From an uncultured Phycisphaerales bacterium (GTDB lineage: Bacteria; Planctomycetota; Phycisphaerae; Tepidisphaerales; Tepidisphaeraceae), in contig CAVWLP010000002.1 of assembly GCA_963755915.1 (NCBI GenBank), forward strand, positions 2,880,001 through 2,944,000: a stretch of 64,000 bases of DNA, read 5' to 3'. Below the pieces are notes generated by a model. That model worked only from the letters and a program-made list of their open reading frames with translations. It did no database searches and had not been told where the DNA came from. This document shows, piece by piece, positions 22,278-32,367 of the stretch; the first letter of the stretch is position 1; each line of letters begins with the position of its first letter. The position numbers and the translations under genes were made by a program.

Positions 22278-23131
22278 CTCGAACACCCGAACCGATTCAG
22301 AGAAACTGCCCACGGAAAAACGCTTAATTCCCAGCGCCTTGGCCACCTTGGGCAGTTCAGCAACCTCCTGAAGATCCCGCAGGGATTGGATCAGCGGATT
22401 CCAGGTGTAAAGCAAAACCAGCTTGCAATAATCGTCGAAGTGAAGCTGGCGGTTCCCGGCTCGATCCCGCTCACAGCCCACATCCCGCAGCGTGGGCAGC
22501 AGCGCGAAGACGCGCCGCAGATGTCCGAGGCACAGGATCTCTTTTTCCTTCAGTCTTGCCTGCACGTCCGGCAGCATGCCATAAAAAGATCAAAGGCGCA
22601 ATCTCAATATCTTGCTGCTTGCGCGAACCCCGTGCCGAACGGGATTAACAAAAGGTAACAGTCCGCAACAAACTGGGTAAGATGGGTAAAAGGGGGTACG
22701 CATTTCAGGGGCGTTGACATTAAATATACTCTTTTGTGCGTTTTTAATGACATAGCAAAATTGCTTGGCCGCAGCGGCGATCGCCGCGCTTGATGCTTTT
22801 GCGGTTGCCAACGATTTATCCCTCCCCACGACCGCCGCTCCGCCGGAGTCGGCCCGCCTGTGCGTCGCATTTGCTGTGGGAAGTGCGACAATTCTGCGGC
22901 GGCAAAGAAGAGCCGCTTCTTACGATACAAATAAAATGTAAATCGCCCCGGAATCTTTTTGCATATCCATGCGGCGAAGGTAAGATGCTCGCCAAATCTC
23001 GGCGTCGAATGGACAGACATAGTTCATCCCATGCACTTGAATGCCTGATATCTGGTTTGGGTTAGAAGTAGCACCGGCATCAGGCAATCGCGTTGCCATT
23101 TCCGTATCCTTTGGGGGCGAGAGGAGCAAAA

Positions 23132-26100
23132 ATGCATTGCACCTATTTCCAGTTGAAATCCCAATCCCCGCGCCGGCGGAAGCTGTTGGGCATGGCCGTC
23201 CTTGCGGCCACTACGGGAATTTCCTTTTCGAGCGCCTTCGCGGCGACGACCAGCGTAACCTGGACGGGGGGAACCGGGTCCTGGAGCAACCCCGCCGATT
23301 GGACTCCCAATACGGTCCCGCAAGACAGTGGCCCCAATCTCTACGCCGCTACGATAAGCAGCGGGCAAGTGACGCTTGATATCAGTCCAACCATCCAGCA
23401 ATTCAACCTTACCAATGGATCACTGACTGGAACCACGACCACTCTGACCACCGCCGGGCTGTTCACCTGGAGCGGTGGCCAGTTGGGAAGCAACGGCAGC
23501 AGCGAGACGCTCAACGCCAACGGGGGCATCAGCATCTCTAACGGCGTCACCTTCGCCGGCGGCACCATCAACGACAATGGCTCGGCCACCTGGATCAGCG
23601 GAAGTATCGGCGGCTACGGCAACGAGACGGCCGGCGGAAAGACCACCTTCATTAACGCGCTGGGCGAGACCTTCACGGTCGAGTGCGATCAGACCTACTC
23701 AGGCTACGGCGTGGAATATACCTCCACCAACAATGATGTGTTCAGCAACCTGGGAACGTTCACCAAGTCCACGACCACCGGGACCACGGACTTCGGCCTG
23801 GTGTTTAACAGCAGCGGCACGGTGAACGTGCAAACCGGCACGCTGTCGCTGGACGGGGGCGGGACCGAGACTGGCAGCTTCGCCGTCAGCAGCGGGGCCA
23901 TCCTGAAGCTTACCAATTCGACGTCCTTCTCCAGCGCCAGCACTATCGCGGGGGCAGGCAGCGTGACCTTCGCAGGCGGCGCCTCCACCGTCAGCGGAAC
24001 CTACAACCCCTCGGGAGCCACCAACGTCAGCAACGGTTCCATCACCTTCAACTCCTCCAACGTCACGATCTCCAATCTGCTGAACGTCACCGGCGGAACC
24101 GCCACCTTCACCACCGGGGACGCCAACATCAAACCTACGTCCATCACCCTCAGTGGCGGTGACCTCACCGGCTCGGATACCATCACCACCGCCGGGCTGT
24201 TCACCTGGAGCGGTGGCCAGTTGGGAAGCAACGGCAGCAGCGAGACGCTCAACGCCAACGGGGGCATCAGCATCTCTAACGGCGTCACCTTCGCCGGCGG
24301 CACCATCAACGACAATGGCTCGGCCACCTGGATCAGCGGAAGTATCGGCGGCTACGGCAACGAGACGGCCGGCGGAAAGACCACCTTCATTAACGCGCTG
24401 GGCGAGACCTTCACGGTCGAGTGCGATCAGACCTACTCAGGCTACGGCGTGGAATATACCTCCACCAACAATGATGTGTTCAGCAACCTGGGAACGTTCA
24501 CCAAGTCCACGACCACCGGGACCACGGACTTCGGCCTGGTGTTTAACAGCAGCGGCACGGTGAACGTGCAAACCGGCACGCTGTCGCTGGACGGGGGCGG
24601 GACCGAGACTGGCAGCTTCGCCGTCAGCAGCGGGGCCATCCTGAAGCTTACCAATTCGACGTCCTTCTCCAGCGCCAGCACTATCGCGGGGGCAGGCAGC
24701 GTGACCTTCGCAGGCGGCGCCTCCACCGTCAGCGGAACCTACAACCCCTCGGGAGCCACCAACGTCAGCAACGGTTCCATCACCTTCAACTCCTCCAACG
24801 TCACGATCTCCAATCTGCTGAACGTCACCGGCGGAACCGCCACCTTCACCACCGGGGACGCCAACATCAAACCTACGTCCATCACCCTCAGTGGCGGTGA
24901 CCTCACCGGCTCGGATACCATCACCACCGCCGGGCTGTTCACCTGGAGCGGTGGCCAGTTGGGAAGCAACGGCAGCAGCGAGACGCTCAACGCCAACGGG
25001 GGCATCAGCATCTCTAACGGCGTCACCTTCGCCGGCGGCACCATCAACGACAATGGCTCGGCCACCTGGATCAGCGGAAGTATCGGCGGCTACGGCAACG
25101 AGACGGCCGGCGGAAAGACCACCTTCATTAACGCGCTGGGCGAGACCTTCACGGTCGAGTGCGATCAGACCTACTCAGGCTACGGCGTGGAATATACCTC
25201 CACCAACAATGATGTGTTCAGCAACCTGGGAACGTTCACCAAGTCCACGACCACCGGGACCACGGACTTCGGCCTGGTGTTTAACAGCAGCGGCACGGTG
25301 AACGTGCAAACCGGCACGCTGTCGCTGGACGGGGGCGGGACCGAGACTGGCAGCTTCGCCGTCAGCAGCGGGGCCATCCTGAAGCTTACCAATTCGACGT
25401 CCTTCTCCAGCGCCAGCACTATCGCGGGGGCAGGCAGCGTGACCTTCGCAGGCGGCGCCTCCACCGTCAGCGGAACCTACAACCCCTCGGGAGCCACCAA
25501 CGTCAGCAACGGTTCCATCACCTTCAACTCCTCCAACGTCACGATCTCCAATCTGCTGAACGTCACCGGCGGAACCGCCACCTTCACCACCGGGGACGCC
25601 AACATCAAACCTACGTCCATCACCCTCAGTGGCGGTGACCTCACCGGCTCGGATACCATCACCACCGCCGGGCTGTTCACCTGGAGCGGTGGCCAGTTGG
25701 GAAGCAACGGCAGCAGCGAGACGCTCAACGCCAACGGGGGCATCAGCATCTCTAACGGCGTCACCTTCGCCGGCGGCACCATCAACGACAATGGCTCGGC
25801 CACCTGGATCAGCGGAAGTATCGGCGGCTACGGCAACGAGACGGCCGGCGGAAAGACCACCTTCATTAACGCGCTGGGCGAGACCTTCACGGTCGAGTGC
25901 GATCAGACCTACTCAGGCTACGGCGTGGAATATACCTCCACCAACAATGATGTGTTCAGCAACCTGGGAACGTTCACCAAGTCCACGACCACCGGGACCA
26001 CGGACTTCGGCCTGGTGTTTAACAGCAGCGGCACGGTGAACGTGCAAACCGGCACGCTGTCGCTGGACGGGGGCGGGACCGAGACTGGCAGCTTCGCCGT

Positions 26101-26950
26101 CAGCAGCGGGGCCATCCTGAAGCTTACCAATTCGACGTCCTTCTCCAGCGCCAGCACTATCGCGGGGGCAGGCAGCGTGACCTTCGCAGGCGGCGCCTCC
26201 ACCGTCAGCGGAACCTACAACCCCTCGGGAGCCACCAACGTCAGCAACGGTTCCATCACCTTTAACTCATCCCATGTCTCGATCTCGACCCTGGCAATCT
26301 CGGGTGGGGAAGCGATCCTGGCTCAGAACACCGGACCGCAAACTTTGCAATCGCTTACCATCACCGGTGGATCGCTCGACATCACCAACAATCACATTTT
26401 CATCAACTACGGCAGCGGCTCCGACCCGATTGCCACAATCGCCCAATACCTCGCTTCCGGTTATGCCGGCGGCGGATGGGACGGCCAAGGAATCATCTCC
26501 TCCACGGCGCGAAACACGACCAATGGCCTCGCCTACGGCATCGGCTGGGCCGATGGGAAAGATCATATCGTCTCGGGTCTATCCTCGGGCGAAATCGAGC
26601 TTAAATACACCCTACTTGGCGATGCCAATCTCGACGGCACGGTCAACGGCAGCGATTTCAGCATCCTCGCCGCCAATTTTGGACTTGGGCATACCAACTG
26701 GGATCAGGGAAATTTTCTCTACACTAGTAGCGTAAACGGCTCCGACTTCAGCGCGTTAGCCGCCAACTTCGGCCAGGGCGATAGTGGCGCGGATACTGCC
26801 GTCTCCCAAGCCGACATCCAGGCCCTAGACTCATTCGCCATCGCCAATGGCTTACCCCTCCCCACATTCGCCTCCGTCCCCGAACCCGCCACCGGCGGCT
26901 TGCTTCTCGCGGCTACAACCGGAGCATTATTGCGTCGTCGCAGAAATTAA
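23132..26950 (+). CDS. PEP-CTERM surface protein with Thr/Gly/Ser-rich beta-strand repeats and dockerin-like module
   Basis: Signal-like RRRKLLGMAVLAA...AFAA, WTGGTGSWSNPADW, 246-aa repeats, GDANLDGTVNGSDF, terminal VPEP-hydrophobic-RRRRN. Confidence 0.88.
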   Translation: MHCTYFQLKSQSPRRRKLLGMAVLAATTGISFSSAFAATTSVTWTGGTGSWSNPADWTPNTVPQDSGPNLYAATISSGQVTLDISPTIQQFNLTNGSLTGTTTTLTTAGLFTWSGGQLGSNGSSETLNANGGISISNGVTFAGGTINDNGSATWISGSIGGYGNETAGGKTTFINALGETFTVECDQTYSGYGVEYTSTNNDVFSNLGTFTKSTTTGTTDFGLVFNSSGTVNVQTGTLSLDGGGTETGSFAVSSGAILKLTNSTSFSSASTIAGAGSVTFAGGASTVSGTYNPSGATNVSNGSITFNSSNVTISNLLNVTGGTATFTTGDANIKPTSITLSGGDLTGSDTITTAGLFTWSGGQLGSNGSSETLNANGGISISNGVTFAGGTINDNGSATWISGSIGGYGNETAGGKTTFINALGETFTVECDQTYSGYGVEYTSTNNDVFSNLGTFTKSTTTGTTDFGLVFNSSGTVNVQTGTLSLDGGGTETGSFAVSSGAILKLTNSTSFSSASTIAGAGSVTFAGGASTVSGTYNPSGATNVSNGSITFNSSNVTISNLLNVTGGTATFTTGDANIKPTSITLSGGDLTGSDTITTAGLFTWSGGQLGSNGSSETLNANGGISISNGVTFAGGTINDNGSATWISGSIGGYGNETAGGKTTFINALGETFTVECDQTYSGYGVEYTSTNNDVFSNLGTFTKSTTTGTTDFGLVFNSSGTVNVQTGTLSLDGGGTETGSFAVSSGAILKLTNSTSFSSASTIAGAGSVTFAGGASTVSGTYNPSGATNVSNGSITFNSSNVTISNLLNVTGGTATFTTGDANIKPTSITLSGGDLTGSDTITTAGLFTWSGGQLGSNGSSETLNANGGISISNGVTFAGGTINDNGSATWISGSIGGYGNETAGGKTTFINALGETFTVECDQTYSGYGVEYTSTNNDVFSNLGTFTKSTTTGTTDFGLVFNSSGTVNVQTGTLSLDGGGTETGSFAVSSGAILKLTNSTSFSSASTIAGAGSVTFAGGASTVSGTYNPSGATNVSNGSITFNSSHVSISTLAISGGEAILAQNTGPQTLQSLTITGGSLDITNNHIFINYGSGSDPIATIAQYLASGYAGGGWDGQGIISSTARNTTNGLAYGIGWADGKDHIVSGLSSGEIELKYTLLGDANLDGTVNGSDFSILAANFGLGHTNWDQGNFLYTSSVNGSDFSALAANFGQGDSGADTAVSQADIQALDSFAIANGLPLPTFASVPEPATGGLLLAATTGALLRRRRN
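23447..26262 (+). repeat. Intragenic tandem repeat, 738-bp unit, about 3.8 copies
   Basis: Units start at 23447, 24185, 24923 and 25661. Translations in alternative frames also repeat identically every 738 bp. Confidence 0.97.
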
Positions 26951-27269
26951 TTCGAAACTCGCAGCTAAATTAGGGCGTCCCGCCCAACGGCTTCCAGCCA
27001 TTCTCAATCGCCGATGGGCTTCCACAAGGCGTCGCCTCCGGCTGCGGTTCGGCATTTGGCAATCGGCATTCGGCATTCTCTTCCCACTCGCAGCCCTGTT
27101 GGGCGGGCGTACCAGCCCACCGTTTTGCTTACTCACCCGCCGCTTGTGTCACGGGGCTGCGCCAAAACCAGCCAGGGCGGGGCGCTTCAAAACCGGCCAA
27201 TGTGCTGACGTATTCTATACCGCATCCGTTCTATCCGACGCAACTGTTCCTTGAGTTATTGGTCCCCGT

Positions 27270-28160
27270 TCACGCCGTCTGGCCGGCGGATACCCCCACA
27301 TCAGAAGACAACGGCGGCTCTGTCACGGTGTCTTCCGGGGGGGAGCACCCTTCATCGCCGGCGGTACTCCGCCGTCCTTTTGGATTTGTCTTTTCCGGTG
27401 TCCCGGATTGGCCTGCCGTGAGCGAAGTCGAATGGCCCCCATGCCGAAGGCGGTAGCTCTTGCCGGTGATGTTGATGATCGTGGCGTGCTGCAGGAACCG
27501 ATCCAGAATGGCCGTGGCCGCCGGCACGTCGCCGATCAGCTTGGCCCAGTCCTCCAGTGGACGGTTGCTGGTCATCATCGTCGAGCGGTTCTCGTGCCGG
27601 CGCATGACGATCTCCAGCAGGCATTCGCCGCTGCGCCGCGGAAGCTGCTTCATTCCCATGTCGTCGATGATAAGCAGATCAGGCTTGAGATACCGGGCCA
27701 GCGTCTTGTCCTGGGCTCCCAGATCCTCGTCGCCTAAAAAGTCGCGGGCCAGGTCGAAGATGGATCGGTACAGGACCACCAAGCCGCTCTTGATCGCCTG
27801 GTGTCCGATGGCCTGGGCCAAAAACGATTTGCCCACGCCGGGCGGACCCAGCAAGAGCACGTCACGTTTGTCACGAATGAACTGGCCGGCGGCCAGATCG
27901 TGAATCTGTTTGCGTTTGATGGAGGTGTTGAAGGAGAAGTCGAACTCGTCGAGGTTTTTGGTGTCGCGGAACATCGCCGCCTTGACGCGCCGGCCGATCT
28001 GCCGGCTGGATCGGACGTTCAGTTCATCCTGAAGGATCAGTTCCAAAAACTCACTGTGGTCGAGCCGATTGCCGGCCGCCTCGCTCAGGCGAACTTCAAG
28101 GCTGCTCGCCAGACCTGAAAGCCGAAGTTGCTTGAGCGTCTGCATCAACGAAGGTCTCAT
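27270..28160 (-). CDS. istB: IstB AAA+ helper ATPase
   Basis: LKQLRLSG, LDEFDFSFN, GPPGVGKS, LLIIDDMG, TSNRP...W, AILDRF. Confidence 0.93.
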   Translation of the reverse strand: MRPSLMQTLKQLRLSGLASSLEVRLSEAAGNRLDHSEFLELILQDELNVRSSRQIGRRVKAAMFRDTKNLDEFDFSFNTSIKRKQIHDLAAGQFIRDKRDVLLLGPPGVGKSFLAQAIGHQAIKSGLVVLYRSIFDLARDFLGDEDLGAQDKTLARYLKPDLLIIDDMGMKQLPRRSGECLLEIVMRRHENRSTMMTSNRPLEDWAKLIGDVPAATAILDRFLQHATIINITGKSYRLRHGGHSTSLTAGQSGTPEKTNPKGRRSTAGDEGCSPPEDTVTEPPLSSDVGVSAGQTA

Positions 28161-29862
28161 GGGGTGGACTCCCTTCGGCTCTGCTCAGGGCAGGCCTGTA
28201 AAGGTTGTGCGGCAGGCAAAGCCTCCGCTTGGGTGATTGCGTCGCGTACGAACTGTCCGTAATCGGCCAGTCCGCGGATGATTGGATGTTCCTGAACAAA
28301 CTCGAAGTGTTGTTGAACCGGTGCGCCGTTTTGGTGTTCGATGAGCTGCCGCAGGGAGCGCAGGTGATACGCGCCATGCCCCAGAGCAATCTCGCAGGCT
28401 CGTTCCACGGCCGGTCGCGGCTGCTGATTGGCCAGCGACAGCAGCCCCATCAACACGCGCACGCCTTCGATGCCGCGATGCTGAAGCATTGACTGCGCCC
28501 ACTGCGTGGCGTGCGGCCCGATGCATTCGATCCGCTGGAGAAGCCAGGTCGTTCCACGCTCGATGCCGCTGATCTTCTCCGGCAGGATATGGGCGTCTTG
28601 CGTCGAGAACCTGCCCGGCGGACGCTGCGCGTGCAGAGCGATCGCACGCATCTTCTGATCGAACAGCCGGACCGTGCGCCCGTCCCACCGCGCCCAGACC
28701 CGCTGGCCCAAAAACTCCGGCGGGACCGAATAGTACGCCCCCTTGATCTCCACGTGCCCGTCGCGGTGAACACTGCGCAACGCCTCGGTGAAAAGATCGA
28801 ATCGCACCGGCGGCAGAGCCAACAGTGCCGGCTTCTCTACCTGCTCGAAGACTTCCTTCACCTGCCGCCGCGTCGTGCCGTGGATGCGCGTGTCGGCCAC
28901 GCTCTTCTCCCACGTCAGCAGATGCGCGTTCTGATCCGAGAGCGAGGCGAATTGCCGGCCTTTGAGAGCATTGCTCTTCACATAGCCGATGCCCCGCTCG
29001 ATCTTCCCCTTGTGCCGCGGCGTGTACGGCTTGGTGGGCAGAATGGCGATTCCATAATGTTCGGCGAACGACCGGACCTTGGGACACAACTCCGCCTCGA
29101 ACCAGTCCGCCCGCGTCACCGCCGCGCGAAGATTGTCGATCACCAGCGCTGACGGCATCCCGCCGAAGTGCGTAAAGGCATTTTCCAGACAACGCAGAAA
29201 ATCATCGGTCGTCTGCCGCTCCACCGCCTCGGCGTACCCCTTGCGGCTGTGGCTCAGCACAATGCGGAAGACCCAGGTTGCTTTGCGTTTGCCGTCAGGA
29301 CCGACCAGGGCGCACCCCGGCCGAAGTCCACCTGCGCCTCGGCTCCCGGCTCGCATTCCATCCGGCGAAAGGGCGCCGGCGCGGCAGCCGAGAGCTTCTT
29401 GATGAACCGGCGCACGCTGTAATAGCTGCCGGCATAGCCGTGATCGCTGGAGATGTCTTGATAAATCCGCTGGGCCGTCAGCCCGGCTTCCAACTTCTGA
29501 ACAATGACCTCACGCCAGGGCGATGCCGTACTGACCGACCCGATGGGCGCGCCGGATAACCCGGTGGCGCGCTCTCCGAGCCGCCTGCGGCGAGCACCGT
29601 CGAGCCGCCTGCGGCGAGCACCGTCGAGCCGCCTGCGGCGAGCACCGTCGAGCCGCCTGCGGCGAGCACCGTCGAGCCGAGGGGCGCGCTGGCCGGTTTT
29701 GAATCCGATCCGGGCGCCGCAGGATCGCCGCCCGACAACCGGATGTGGCGTCCAACGGTCTCCCGGTGAACGCCGAGTTGGCGGGCGATGTTCCGATTGG
29801 ACCAGCCGCTGCGCAAGTGCCAAAATTGCTTGTACTTCCGCCATCTTGAGTTGATTGGCCAT
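28157..29862 (-). CDS. istA: IstA DDE transposase; frameshifts near 29810 and 29315
   Basis: MANQLKM, GWSNRNIARQLGVHRETV (HTH), PGAEAQVDFG, VLSHSRK, IDNLRAAV, KGKIERGIGYVK, YYSVP. Confidence 0.88.
29577..29679. repeat. 24-bp tandem repeat, about 4.3 copies, inside istA (GSTVLAAG)
   Basis: CGAGCCGCCTGCGGCGAGCACCGT repeated exactly. Confidence 0.95.
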
Positions 29863-30471
29863 CCCACCATTGGCTTGCGGCAACCGCCGAAAGCCAAGGT
29901 CGATAACCCAATCTCCTGTGCCTCAAAATGGCCGGTTTTGGCGCGCCCTCAATTGGCCGGTTTTGTGCGCCCCATGACACCGATTTCCCCGAACCGCATT
30001 TCGGCCACAACTCGGCCTTCGCCTTTGCTGCCTTACCAGGAGACGTATACAGTAAGCTCATCCGGATGCGCTTCCGTCAAAGTTAAACTTTCGCCAACCA
30101 AATTCCTCGAAATCGGCCCCGCCCCCACGCTAAAATTGCGACGCCCAGCTTAATTTTCCTTCATCCACGGATTTGCATTGACATTCGCATTTTTAGTGGC
30201 ATTTTTGCTTCCTTCCCGGGGAATAAGCGGGCGGCTTTTTGGGACGGCTTAAATAGCCCGGAGGACGGTGATGTTGCCAGAATCGAAAAGGAGCCGGTTA
30301 GAGCGATTTGCATCTGACTGCAGCGTCTGCGCCGCCTCCGGCGGCCCTTCGGGTTGCGTTCCAAAGGGTCGTCTGCCGCGTCATCACTCCTCAACGGGTC
30401 CATTTAGAACCCGCTTCGTCGCTCTTCCTTGCATCCGACCCTTTGGAACGCAACGCAGGCGCTGCACTCAG

Positions 30472-32320
30472 ATGCAAAACGCTCTAGTGTCGTTTCTTCG
30501 CCGCAAGCGATCTCGACAAGCACGTCTCATCTTCCTCGCTTGCGCTCCCTCCTTCGTCGCAGCGGCAACGAGCGCGGCCGCCTGGGGACAAATCACAGAA
30601 AGTTCCTCCAACTGGTCCGGCTACTCCACCGTGACCTCCGGGGGAAACGCCTTCACGGACGTCTCGGCAACGTTCGTCGTCCCCACCGTCAAAGCCCCTT
30701 CGTCCGGCACCGCTTATTCTTCGTATTGGGTCGGACTCGACGGCGCGACGGGCGAATCCGATCCCACGGTCGAGCAATGCGGAATCGCCGCCAACATCAG
30801 CGCCGGCCAATCTTCCGGGACCTATTTTGGCTGGATCGAATTCGCCCCCGCCGGCGAGGAGGAGATCGAAGGGCTTACCATCAGCCCCGGCAACACGATC
30901 CACACCGATGTTACCTACGAGCCTGCCGACAGCTCCTCCGGACATTACGGCTATTTGTTCGACGTCGACGACGAAACCACCGGCGTCGCCTTCGACGAGG
31001 TCGAGTACACCGCCACCAGCGATCAGCGCTCAACCGCCGAATGGATCGCCGAGGCCACATCCCTCGAGGTGCGTGGCGTCATCGAGGTGCAGCCCATGGC
31101 CAACTTCGGCAGCGTCACGCTGACCAACTGCGTCGCAGCCCTCAACGGCGGCAGCGACCAATCCGCCGAGTCCCTCGACCCAACCGGCATCGAAATGAAC
31201 CAGGGAAGCGGTGTGGTCGCCATCCCCAGCAACGTCGATTCCGACGGCGAGACATTCACGGATTACTACGCTTCCAGTTTGCCCGATCTCGTCTGGAAGG
31301 ACTCAACCGGAAATAAGCTCTGGGATTTCACCAGCACCAACTGGAACGACGGCGCTGCCGCGACCGCCTACGGAGACGCCTGCCCGGTAACCTTCAACGA
31401 CAGCAACGGGGGCAATTACTCGGTCACGCTCAACACCACGGTGAATCCCGCCTCCGTCACCGTCAGCAACAGTTCAGGAAACTACGTCATCAGCGGCGCC
31501 GGCAGCATTTCCGGCGGTGGATCCCTTAGCAAAAGCGGCAGCGATACCCTCACCCTCGATACTGCCAACAACTATAGCGGCGGCACGACCGTCTCCGCCG
31601 GAAAGTTGCTCGTCGGCGCTGCCGGAGCGCTGCCAGACGGCTCCGTCAACATCACCGGCGGAACGGTGCAGCTTGGGGCAGGCACCGGGCTGGCGACGAT
31701 CAGATCCCTTTCCGTCTCCGGCAGCGGCACCTTCGACCTGAACAACAATCACGTCATCATCAACTTCAGCGGCCAGTCCGATCCGATCGCCTCGATCACC
31801 GCCTATCTCAAATCCGGCTATAACGGCGGCGCCTGGAATGGCCCGGGCATCATCTCCTCCGCGGCACAAAATCCCACCAACGGCTTCCGCTACGGAATCG
31901 GCTGGGCCGACGGCAGCGACGGCGTAGTTGCCAACCTCTCGCCGGGACAGATTGAACTAAAATACACGCTGCTGGGTGATGCCAATCTTGACGGGTTCGT
32001 AAGCGGCACCGATTTCTCCATCCTCGCCGCCAACTTCGGTACAGCCGCTACCAATTGGGACCAGGGCAACTTCCTCTACAGCAGCTCCGTCAACGGCTCC
32101 GACTTCAGCGCCCTTGCCGCCAACTTCGGCCAGGGCGACAGCGGCGCGGACGTTCAGATTGCGCAAGCCGACATCGCTGCTCTCGATTCATTCGCGATTG
32201 CCAACGGCTTACCCCTGTCGACGATCGACGCGGTCCCCGAACCCGTCGCCGGCGCGCTACTGCTTTCCGCGGCCGCCGCCACCCTGGTGACCAGACACAG
32301 GAAGAAAACGAAATTTAACT
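30472..32320 (+). CDS. PEP-CTERM protein with G1 (glutamic/eqolisin) peptidase domain, autotransporter-associated beta-strand repeat and dockerin-like module; true stop probably near 32320
   Basis: SSNWSGY, YWVGLDG, VEQCG, TAEWIAE, FGSVTLTNC; LSKSGSDTLTL..ANNYSGGTTV; GDANLDG; VPEPVAGALLL...RHRKK. Confidence 0.82.
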
Positions 32321-32367
32321 ACCCTTCACCAATTCGAAAATTCGAATTTCGAATTTACGTCCTGAGG

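Larger units (their letters stand above)
19785..22577 (-). pseudogene. Outer IS4 transposase split by the inner IS4 (plus a frameshift near 20695)
   Basis: N-part 22278-22577 ends ...SVRVFE and resumes at 20755 with VFEPGRL. It carries LVDGT, YVGDGGY and Y.YRYTVELFFRIFKQ (YREK-like) motifs. Confidence 0.88.
19628..22647 (-). mobile_element. IS4 family element (outer), interrupted by a second IS4
   Basis: Perfect 17-bp IRs TAATCCCGTTCGGCACG at 19628 and (reversed) 22631-22647. 9-bp direct repeat ACAAAAGGT at 19619-19627 and 22648-22656. Confidence 0.92.
27147..29979 (-). mobile_element. IS21 family element
   Basis: TGTCA...TGACA ends with multiple AAAACC(G/A)GCCA sub-repeats at both ends; istA-istB pair. 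Confidence 0.9.

Noticed and set aside
22714-22745. Sigma70 promoter at TTGACA upstream of the repeat protein
   Set aside because: No acceptable -10 at 16-18 nt spacing.
29577-29679. 24-bp repeats as a CRISPR array
   Set aside because: The repeats are contiguous with no spacers, lie inside istA, and there are no cas genes.
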